Assembly (NCBI GenBank): GCA_964016885.1
Contig: CAXHJY010001309.1
Coordinates: 1-64,000, forward strand
Direction: 5' to 3'
DNA from: Eledone cirrhosa
Taxonomy: Eukaryota
DNA length: 64,000 bases
The position numbers and the translations under genes were made by a program. The notes under the pieces were generated by a model. It was not told where the DNA came from. It worked only from the letters and a program-made list of their open reading frames with translations, and ran no database searches. This document shows, piece after piece, positions 51,240 through 64,000 of the stretch. Within the stretch, counting starts at the first letter, position 1, and every line of letters starts with the position of its first letter.

Positions 51240-51460
51240 GGCGGGGGATTGGCAGTATCGGTAGAGCGTCAGACGCCATGCCTTGCAGCATAGAGTTACG
51301 GCCCTTTATGATCTGAATTCAAATTCCGCCGAGGTTAAATTTGCATTTCATCATTACGGGGTCAATAAAATAAAGTACCAATCCCGCACTGATTCGATTT
51401 AATCGACTTTCCCCTCCCCTAAAATTGCCGGACTTGTGCCCATATAAGAAACTAATATAT
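51240..51460 (+). mobile_element. tRNA-derived SINE, near full length
   Basis: GGCGGGGGATTGGCAGTATCGGTAGAGCG (A box) ... GAATTCAAATTCCGCCGAGG (B box) ... CGGGGTCAATAAAATAAAGTACC. Confidence 0.85.
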
Positions 51461-51580
51461 TAGCCCTTAGGTGATATTTCTATTTCAACTCGTTCAGATT
51501 TTGTTTTGGCTTTAGGTGAAACACTGTCACTGATTCAATATCATATCCTCTTTATTGTGCTAAGAATATCATAGATTGCA

Positions 51581-52330
51581 TCGCTATATCTTTGGACCCG
51601 TAGAGTAACATACCTTGGGGCAGCGCTATATCTTTGGACCCGTAGAGTAACATATTTTGGGGCAGCGCTATATCTTTGGACCCGTAGAGTGACATACTTT
51701 GGGACTGCGCTATATATTTGGACCTATTGAGTAACATACTTTGAGGCAACACTATATCTTTGGACCAGTAGAGTAACATACCTTGGGGCAGCGCTATATC
51801 TTTGATCTTGTAGAGTAACATATTTTGGGGCAACACTATATTTTTGGACCTGTAGAGTAACATACTATGGGGCAGCGCTATATATTTGGACCTGTAGAGT
51901 AACATACTTTGGGGCAGCGCTATATATTTAGACCTGTAGAGTAACATACTTTGGGGCAGCGCTATATATTTAGACCTGTAGAGTAACATACTTTGGGGCA
52001 GCGCTATATATTTAGACCTGTAGAGTAACATACTTTGGGGCAGCGCTATATATTTAGACCTGTAGAGTAACATATTTTGGGGCAGCGCTATATATTTAGA
52101 CCTGTAGAGTAACATACTTTGGGGCAGCGCTATATATTTAGACCTGTAGAGTAACATATTTTGGGGCAGCGCTATATATTTAGACCTGTAGAGTAACATA
52201 TTTTGACGTGAGGCTATATCTTTAGACCTGTACAATAACACCCTTTGACATGCTATCTATTTAGACCTATTGAGTAACATTCTTTGAGGTAGTGCTATAT
52301 CTTTGGACCTGCAGAGTGACATCCTTTGAC
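51581..52330. repeat. 42-bp minisatellite, about 18 copies (GCGCTATATATTTAGACCTGTAGAGTAACATACTTTGGGGCA)
   Basis: Directly visible. It gives the 14-aa repeat in ORF 51552..52241. Confidence 0.95.
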
Positions 52331-54745
52331 CCGCCGGTTATGACAAACACATTCCTTTAGGAAAAGCCTCTATTTATTAGCCTTATATGATATTGCCTTT
52401 TGGGTACTCTGTAACTCGCAACATTTCTCTCCACGGTGTGTAGCCACAGAGGTCATTTAATTTCATTCACTGATAAAACATTTGTTTAGCTGCATATTCT
52501 GCTTCCAGTAATATATTGCTTACACACACACATAGATACACACACACATAGATACACCACATTCACTCACACACTCTTACAAATACAAACACTTAAACAC
52601 AAACATATATACATACACTTCCATACATGTACATACACACATACATACAATTTATCTCAAACAGGCTTTGTCCAATCCGTTTCTGTAAACTTCAAGTGTA
52701 CACACATTAATTGAAACGCTTCATCTAATCACACCAACCAAACAATAGTAGTCCATTTGGTAGTTTCTCGTCTATTATCTGAATATATTGTTCTCCTGAG
52801 GTAGCATATATCTGCACGATAATGTTCGATTTTTCTACATCTATAGAAATCTAACCCAATAAAGAGGCCCCTACAACTGTGCATTCTATCCCTCGAGTGT
52901 ATACATACTATAGTGATGTTAATTACATGTCTTCTTAGTCTTTCATCTAGCATTTCAAAGCTAGTGGAAAGGAATTATAAACAATACCCACTTTCATCAA
53001 GTTGATTGCAGCTTCAATTTCGTTTCAATAAACGCCAATAGGGATCCGAATAAACAATCTCTGAAGCACTAATACTCAATCGCATATTCTTATCTCCTCT
53101 TCACAAATTATCCGACTAGTTCTCAACAATATAATGAAAACAACCATTTTTTCAGGCAGTAATACTACCCACACAAATTAAAACATTATGCATATTTCTT
53201 CTCCAAGACCTTTATACGTATATTACTGCAAATTATCGAAATCTCCAATGTGTGGTGGGTGTTCTGCCATTGCTTTAATGTATTTCAGAAATTAATTGCA
53301 GAATAGTCTTCATTTCTTATCTATGAGGGCGTTACTTTACAGGGAATATTACCGAAACACATATGTTTTACACATTCACTGCTCAATGAAGAACTATATA
53401 CATTAACGTTGCGAAAATATAAAAGGATAAGTTAAAGAACAGATTGATCATAGGCCTGCTCTCCGAGCATTAACCCCACGATAAATAACATTGTGGAAAT
53501 GTGATATTTTGGGTCTACCGCATACGAAAAATACAACATATATCCGAATTGTTACGGCAGTTCCTAAGTTGATCAAATATTTAGATTAATATATTGCCAC
53601 ATGGTAAAATCGAATATAAATGTTTTCTCTGTGTTGTTTCCATAAAGATAATTCAATATATATATATTTCTTTTTAAATGTTTTCTTCATTACATTATTT
53701 TGTGGTATATTAGTATTGACAGAATAATAGGCAGACAGCAAAAAAGAAAGTGTTTCTTTAGTGAAAGATAAAATATAAAGATCACAAAAGCCGTTAGTGT
53801 CTCTGTGTTCTGTCTCAATATTGCACTAACATTGTAAGGGTGTACTGATGTAAAATTGGATCGTCCAGCGATTTGTCCAGCCAAATATGTAGATGCAGAT
53901 CTTTCAGTAGACTGGTGTGACTATATATATATATAATTAATCTCACACGAACTAATATATAATTTTCTCTCTATATTTTCTGAGTAAATCACTCATCAAA
54001 TTTAACGGTTAACAAACACAATTGGAATTATATTTCCTTTCTCAATCGTGCAAACATAAACATATAGCTAAATTAACAATATTCTGAAAACATTTTCAAT
54101 GTTGAACAAAATGTTCGAATCTACAATCTGTACTCCTCTCACAACTTGAACCACCTATTTTTTATGATAAATAGAAAATCAACATCATTCGTAACTCATA
54201 TTAGAAATATAAACAACTAATAATTGTAAATTATTTCTATTTCTATAATACTAATACATGCACACGTATTAATCTATATAGATATTATATACATATAACC
54301 CATTGTAATATAATAAGATAAAAATACTTACAACCATAATTCTTCATATAATCTAATTGATTATATATACAATATTATAACTCATAATATAGGTAAATAA
54401 ATTTACATTTAAACCCAAATTAACGTAAATACAAGCTATTCTTCCTTTTTCTTCTTTCCTGCGCATACATAACCATATGATAATTATTTAAATTCTCCAT
54501 AGCGTCAAAAATAACGTTCTTTTCATCCTTTTACCTCAATCTTATTTGCATACTCATCTTAATAATTTGAAATATCTGACTGTTCTTCTCTTATCGCTTC
54601 ACTATCCAAAGAAAACTTGAACCGTTAAGGTATTTTTTTTGGTTATGTCAGAAATTTATAAAACACACTTCGTATTTTATGTGATGAAATTTATATAATA
54701 GAATAAATATGGTTTTAAAAATATAGTTTCCATTTATTTAATATC

Positions 54746-54790
<45 letters not shown>

Positions 54791-54800
54791 ATATATATAT

Positions 54801-54857
<57 letters not shown>

Positions 54858-54903
54858 AATATATAAAAAATATATATATATATATATAAAATATATATAT
54901 ATA

Positions 54904-54938
<35 letters not shown>

Positions 54939-54987
54939 AATATATATATAAATATATATATAAATATATATATAAATATATATATAA

Positions 54988-55038
<51 letters not shown>

Positions 55039-55669
55039 GATAAATCTACCAAGAGTGTACGGTAGTGTCCAATCCGGGGGTGTGTGTGTGTATGTATGTT
55101 CGTAGTTATGTGTATGTTTATGCATATACGCGCGTGTGTGTGTGAGTGTACGGATATGTGTGAGTATGTGAATATGTGTATACATTTATTTCATATTTAT
55201 GTGTCTATACGCATTTTATCTGTGGATTATAAACTTACAGAGACATTAGCCTTGAATTTTTGTATTTGCATACATCTTTTTGGCATGCGTATGCATGTGA
55301 GCTTATATCTTTGTATAAATATGTGTATGAAGTTAATTACATGTATATACACACACCAAACTGCATAAAATTTTTTGTATTTTCATTGGTCAATTTGAAC
55401 TCCGTTCCCAAACGGACCTGAAATTTTGAATTGTTGTTATTATCAATAAATATATTTCATTATTTCTGAAGACGGCATATATGTGTGTTTGGTATGTATA
55501 TTTAATCTTGATAGTTTGTATAATTTTGTATAATTTTGTACATAGATCTGTTGAATATGCATGCCAATTCTAACACATATATATCCTAGAAACGATCGGT
55601 AAATAATGAACTTTTTTTGTTTAATATAAGGAACTGTTTCATTGTTTTATTCATTATTTTTTTAATATT

Positions 55670-56769
<1,100 letters not shown>

Positions 56770-56770
<1 letters not shown>

Positions 56771-56958
56771 ATTAAGTTAAAGGGTACATCTATATATGTA
56801 TACGGAAGTATTAGTATGCATATAAATACACATATGTATACATATGTACATGTACCGAGCTTTTCACTAGACACTTTACAGTGAGTGTCCAGCTAGTCTG
56901 TATGTAAACAGACGAACCGGGTTTTAGAGTCATACGAGTTTTCAAGGAAACACATTTG
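56770..56958 (-). mobile_element. Diverged partial copy of the 469-bp unit (no HHR retained), in (TA)n
   Basis: AATTAAGTTAAAGGGTACATCTATATATGTATAC...CACTTTACAGTGAGTGTCCAGCTAGTCTGTATGTAAACAGACGAACCGGGTTTTAGAGTCATAC...GGAAACAC aligns to 29847-30040. Confidence 0.85.
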
Positions 56959-57063
56959 TATATATATATATATTTATATATATAAATATATATATATAAA
57001 TATATATATAAATATATATATAAATATATATATATATAAATATATATATAAATATATATATAA

Positions 57064-57337
<274 letters not shown>

Positions 57338-57851
57338 GAAAACAGGGAGAAAAAGACGATTATTAGGAAGAGAAATATATTTTCTTCGTTTTTATTTTTT
57401 TGTCTCTATTTTCTGGGTTAGAAAATGATTAAAACGAAATATTTTACTTTGTGTGAAGTGTTAAGGTATTAGTTGATTTATTTATTAAGAACTATGCCTG
57501 TAAATAACATTATTTTCTCTTTCACATTGCCTTAATATGCTCCACATTACGACATTTTTTTTCTTTTTTTTCTTTTCACTCCATAAACCATGTTTGTAAA
57601 TAACATTATTCTTTTTGCACCATTTCTTTGACATGTCCAACAACACCATTCTACACCAATACATATTATTATCATTTGATAATGCATAAAAATGCTGAAG
57701 CCGGTAATAGACAATTATTAAATATATAAGTAAATAAATAAATGACATTGCTAATTAATAAATAAATCAACTAATACCTTAACACTTCACACAAAGTAAA
57801 ATATTTCGTTTTAATCATTTTCTAATCCAGAAATCGTCCTTTTCTCCTTGT

Positions 57852-57856
<5 letters not shown>
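57338..57856. mobile_element. Inverted-repeat element (MITE or fold-back) with ~100-bp terminal inverted repeats, in (TA)n
   Basis: GAAAACAGGGAGAAAAAGACGATT and TTAGAAAATGATTAAAACGAAATATTTTACTTTGTGTGAAGTGTTAAGGTATTAGTTGATTTATTTATTAA are mirrored at 57755-57856. Confidence 0.7.
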
Positions 57857-57888
<32 letters not shown>

Positions 57889-57917
57889 GTATCCTAACTC
57901 GTGTGCTTCCTCTCCAC

Positions 57918-57991
<74 letters not shown>

Positions 57992-58478
57992 AATTGTACA
58001 TTTACATATAGGGAGAAGAAGGCTATTCGAGTCTGCGTAATTGTCCATATACATTTCTATCTCTATCTCTTAAGTATATGGACATGCAAATATGCCAAAT
58101 ATATGCACTAAATGCAATTTAGGACGGGCCTTCTAGGATATGAAGGGAATGTGTATATCAGACACTTGATTACGCATGTGATTGCATTTCTTTGGTGATT
58201 ATCTGTTTGATGATGAAAGCCCAGCTAAGCTTGAACAACATTATACTTACTTATCATGTACTTTTTAGTTGACATAGTAATACTATCTGCTGTTCGGTAA
58301 TAACACATATTTATATATTAGTCGGTGATTATTGAGACATAATCCGCCATTGCTAAATGTATAGGTCATGTCGGGACACTGCGGATACATCATGAAAGAA
58401 AGAGGAACAGGTGGTACTGGATATTCGGAAATTCCATAGCAAAGAAACCGTAATTATTTATTTGTTCCAGAGTATCCA

Positions 58479-58707
58479 TTAACCCTTTAGCATTTACTTT
58501 ACTCTATATTTACTATTATATTTTTGTGGTAAAAGCTGTATCTTACATAAATATCCCACATACTATCGAATCTACGAGATTATTATATTATTAATTTTGA
58601 GAATAATATGTCAACCTCAGTATGTGCAACAAGTTATGACCGGTTTGAGCAGAAAGAGGTGAGAGAATTCTGGTCGGATACAGCCGGTTTAAATGCAAAA
58701 GGGTTAA
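58479..58707. mobile_element. TTAA-flanked MITE (piggyBac-type ends)
   Basis: TTAA-CCCTTTAGCATTT ... AAATGCAAAAGGG-TTAA. Confidence 0.7.
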
Positions 58708-58942
58708 AATATTAGAGAGACGTTTACGGACTTTGACTGCCAAAGTGTTTTCACGAGTAAACCATGATATAGTAAGACATATTTCCGGTTCTCCATATAT
58801 ATATATCGAGTATGAAATGGTTTCATAATGTCCGCTTTCACATCGACAAATACATAATCCGCGGCTAATTTATTAAAGAAACAGGAACAAGTGAGATTGG
58901 GGAACCGCAAATACGTCTTATATATATATATATATATATATA

Positions 58943-59076
58943 TTAAAATAACAGATTAAAGTTTAAGCAAAGAATCGGTGCTTTCACCCTTAGAAGATCC
59001 CGTTAAGGGTGAAAGCAGCTATTCTTTGCTTAAACTTTAATCTGCTATTTTAATAAATATTTGCTCTACGGTTCTT
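58943..59076. mobile_element. Fold-back PLE-pLTR-like element (family F), truncated within the HHR core; second fragment at about 9095-9148
   Basis: Arms TTAAAATAACAGATTAAAGTTTAAGCAAAGAAT / ATTCTTTGCTTAAACTTTAATCTGCTATTTTAA. The plus arm reads ..GAAGA-T CCC gttaa GGG T-GAAAG cag CTA-TTCT. Confidence 0.7.
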
Positions 59077-59140
59077 ATATATTTGATATATATTTATCCT
59101 TATCGAGCCCTCTTTGGATTTTAGTTTTCAAATTTATTAT

Positions 59141-59201
<61 letters not shown>

Positions 59202-59283
59202 CATATACATACATATATATATTATCTACCTATCTATCTATCTATAAGCAGGGAAGATCGGACATAAAATGGTGATGATGATG

Positions 59284-59369
<86 letters not shown>

Positions 59370-61589
59370 GTATATATATATTGTATTATATTATGGTATA
59401 TATAAAATATGTTATCTGTTCAATAATGACTTTCTATTTTAAAGAAATCACATTAATCGTATGAAACAAATTAAACGTACGAAAAAAATTAATACAAAAT
59501 ACTGAAACTTGAAGTCAATTTATCAAGATTGGTCTGCATCATTAATCTAAACTTCACTTTATCGTTCTCATGAAATGAAACAGTTAATTTCCTATAGAAA
59601 ATTATATTTTAATTTAATTTAATTTTTGCTTGTTTTGCTATCCAATTTATACAATTTCGGTGGTATTCTATGGTCTGTTTTATTTTTAAATGTGTTGTCG
59701 GCCTCGCATGTATCTGTATCTCTCAACGCTTAATCCATTAATAGAAATATTATTGCACAGCTTGTTGTAACTTTATTAATAAAGATTATCATAATTGTTA
59801 TAATGTTAAAAGCTGAGTAAAGTCACAGATTTATATAATTTAACAATTCACCTTGGAACTCATTTAAATAAAGTTTTGTGATATTTTATTTCTAATTAGT
59901 TGATTAAGTTATTGAGATATTTTATTGCAAAACCACCATTGCATATAAATGAGAGGAGGGTAAACACAAAAAAATAATATCGAATTGGAATTTTTCTCCT
60001 CTTTTAATCATACAGTGATCTCTTAAAATGAAAGCATTAATGAAATAATAAACTTGAAAGCAAGTGTATAATTATGTGTAGCCTTGTGTATTTCATTAGT
60101 ATTTTATTTTAATATATTATAGATTTTTGTAGTTATTTGTTTTTGCTTTTCTGTTTTGAAATCATTAAATAAAAGGGGTATGTCAACCTTCATGGCAAGA
60201 TGTTATATGATATCAATAATGCATTCCATACATAGGAAATAACTTAACAGAGAATTGATTAATGTGAAAGACAAGAGACAATATTTTGTCATGGGTGAAA
60301 CTGGTGTATGCTACAACATTTAACGCATGCGTATTTGTATTTACCATATAATACACGAATACAATGACATAACATATCTGAAAATTCAATATTATCTGCC
60401 ATATTCGTATTCTCTATTCTTTAATCTACTAAAGTATTCAGTCTCCTTTAACATCAAAATTTACAGAAATTCTATAAAGTGTCATGAATTTATCCTCTTA
60501 AAAGTAATTTATATCCACTTTTCTTTGATATCATGAGTTGTCACTTAATAGTGAACAGTTCTGTCTTTTGTTATTTTTTTATGTCTTTTTTTCTTTAATC
60601 ACATTTTCTGAAATTTCCGCTGTCTATACTTTGAAACAATTAGTAAAATTAAAATGTGAACAGCTTCCATTCCAAAACGAACGATCTTGAAAGAAATATT
60701 TCTTCAAATACAAAACAAATATTAAAGTAAAATTATGAATCAGGTTATCGAAAGCCACGTACGACTCCGAACATGAATAAAATAAAACAATATAACGATA
60801 AAGCAAAGGCCACGGTGAGAATGATGGTCTTTATGACAGCTGCAGTACCGGCTTCAGACTAGTTGCTGTCAATGTATTAGCCTGTATATAATACCATAAC
60901 TGTAACAGACATTCCATAGATAATTTGCGCAAGGTGCTAATACGTAACTTTAGAAACTAAGGACTGAAATTAACCCTAGACACAAACTTGACCAATAACA
61001 ATTTATGAGAAGCTAACTTGGTTTTAGTTACTTAAGCTTTACAATAAATCTAACGAAGTTCTTAGTTATATGAATAGGCGATAATGTCACACTTCAGTTA
61101 TCTTTAAAGATATAGTCCCTAACATTAATGTTTTCTACTTTTCTACAAAGCCAACAGTTTAAAAGTAAACAGAAAGTCGATTAAATCGATACCAATGCGT
61201 TACCAATGTTTTATTTTATCTTACCTACCTAGCCATATATTTAGATGTGTAACACATACCTACTCTATAATATGCAGGTTGGAAAAAGCTGAACGAAGAA
61301 ACAATATATAGGGTTGGCGAACTGGGGAGAGAGAAATACCAATGGTGTTAACAACTGAAGAGTATGTAAGGAAAGGAATTAGTCTGTTGAAAGAGAAGTG
61401 GTGTTGGAAAGGTAGGATTGACCAGCTGAGAATGTAGAGTGTGAAAGGCAGGAAGAAATAAGACAATGGCAAGAGAGAATGACAGAAAATGTATACTCAC
61501 ACTCACACAAACAGACACACACACATGTATATATATTTATCCTTATCGAGCCCTCTTTCGATTTTAGTCTTCAAATTTATTATTATTAC

Positions 61590-61653
<64 letters not shown>

Positions 61654-62104
61654 TTGTGCGTGCGTGTGTGTGTATATATAAATATATATATGCGTGGGGG
61701 TGTAGGTATGTGCATGTGTATGTGTGTGTGTGATAAGCCAACGACTTTACGCAAGTTATTGAATTATCAGAATATAGAAAGATTGAGTAAAAATAGAAGT
61801 CGAGATTTTTTTCAAGAGGAAAACACATGTGAAGTTATTCAGCCATTTCAATATTCGTGCATTAAATATTCATTTATTACATACCTACCGAGGGAGAGAT
61901 AAGAATCAATGATTTCAAACATATGCCAGTGTGTGTACATATTCATGTGTTTTTTTGTATGTCAGTACCTGTGCGTGTGTTTGTGTATATGCGTTTCATT
62001 GTGTGAATGTCTTTGAGAAAGCTTATGAAGATAATGATATCTGTCAGACAAATTCGAGGTTGAAATATTATCATCTGTGTAGATTATTTTTATATGTGCG
62101 AAGG

Positions 62105-62320
62105 GCGTCGATTGGCAGTATCGGTAGATTCGGACACCATGCTTTGCAGCATAGATTTACGGTCCTTTACATCCTGATTTCAAATCCCGTCGAGGTTAAC
62201 TGTGCCTTTCGTCCTTACATGGTCGATAAAATAAGGTACCAATAACGTACTGCGGTTCAATTTAATCGACTTTCCCCTCCCCTCAAATAACTAGTATTTT
62301 GCCTATACTAGAAATCATTA
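62105..62320 (+). mobile_element. tRNA-derived SINE, same family as 51240
   Basis: GATTGGCAGTATCGGTAGA...GATTTCAAATCCCGTCGAGGTTAACTGTGCCTTTC...GGTCGATAAAATAAGGTACC...TTTAATCGACTTTCCCCTCCCCT. Confidence 0.85.
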
Positions 62321-63289
62321 GTTTCATATGTGGGAGGATGTGCTCGTGCGTCGCTGAGCTGACCAGCTTAGAGAGTGACACAGTTTGAACAGTCACGCGT
62401 GTGTTTCGATCTATAAACATGTTCACGGGTACCTCTACAGATGTGATCTTGAACAAAGTTTATATACATATATGCATACATATAAAGCACACACACATTC
62501 ACACCGTTATAGAGTGGGAAGCAGACAGTGGGTCATGCATGCAATTCGGCATGTCCGATGTCATGTTTAAGAACCAAGTACCTCTATATGGCACCTAAAA
62601 CATCACGTACGACATTAGACAATTGAGCTCCTAAACCGCAATCTCTTTTAATATGTTTTTGTATTTGGAAGTACCATATTTTAATGTACGGTATTAAATA
62701 GCATGCAACGTCTTTAGAGCAAAAATTAGAACGAAAATATAAACATGAATTGTATCGTTATTCAAATTAAATTTATAAAGAAACACAATACACGTTGGTT
62801 CCTTGAAATGTGAAATATAAAATACACTATAACATATATAGATAGTATAGATCTCTCCATTCCAACAGCCAGTATTTCAGACATAAAAAAGCAGATATTT
62901 TACTTCCGTTAGAAATATATGCTTGCAGAGATATAAAAATTCCGGTGTATTAACGGCATTGGTTTGTATAATATTGTAAGAAACGAACGAAAACTGTCAG
63001 AGTGACCCATCAAATCCATGAACGAATGTATACGATAAGAATATAAGGTAATAAAGTACAGCAATATATAACAGGCAATAAACAAAGCCACTTGTGAATC
63101 TGTGATTAAGATTTGCACCATAAAACATCACATCGATCCGAAGTTGTATGTTTATGAAGTTTAAGAAGGAGTGTTTTTCTTATTATCCCCAGAGATTCCT
63201 TCCGGTAACATCTTAAGTGTAATATATCGGAAAGTATTCCACATAAGTATACCATATATGCACGCGAATGTATATACATGGATACATAT

Positions 63290-63953
<664 letters not shown>

Positions 63954-64000
63954 GAGAGGTATAGAGATTGTTTTAGCAAGAAGCTAACGGCATTCTATAA

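Noticed and set aside
51581-52330. CRISPR-like periodicity
   Set aside because: The 42-bp units are contiguous with no variable spacers; this is a minisatellite.

Overview
Extremely AT-rich eukaryotic (animal) non-coding DNA. The SINE and MITE motifs and the (TA)n load resemble an octopus/cephalopod genome (inference from recalled repeat motifs). No host gene can be supported; nearly all listed ORFs are (TA)n/(CA)n artefacts. The only clear coding remnants are a 5'-truncated, frameshifted CR1-group LINE ORF2 (3817-5725) and the 3' end of an RTE LINE. The main signal is RNA-structural: the window is full of type I hammerhead ribozymes (HHRs). (1) A near-homogeneous 469-bp tandem array (29773-36099, about 13.5 units, orientation flip at about 31071) carries one perfect minimal HHR per unit (14 copies). 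It looks like a retrozyme (circular-RNA retroelement) concatemer. Diverged, circularly permuted relatives lie at 17746-18130, 42413-45250 and 56770-56958. (2) About ten short fold-back elements from several unrelated sequence families sit in (TA)n tracts, with outward-facing arms that carry whole or 5'-truncated HHRs and an asymmetric 3' tail. This is the architecture of Penelope-like element (PLE) pLTR insertions. SINEs, a TTAA MITE, a 42-bp minisatellite and several local inverted duplications make up the rest.
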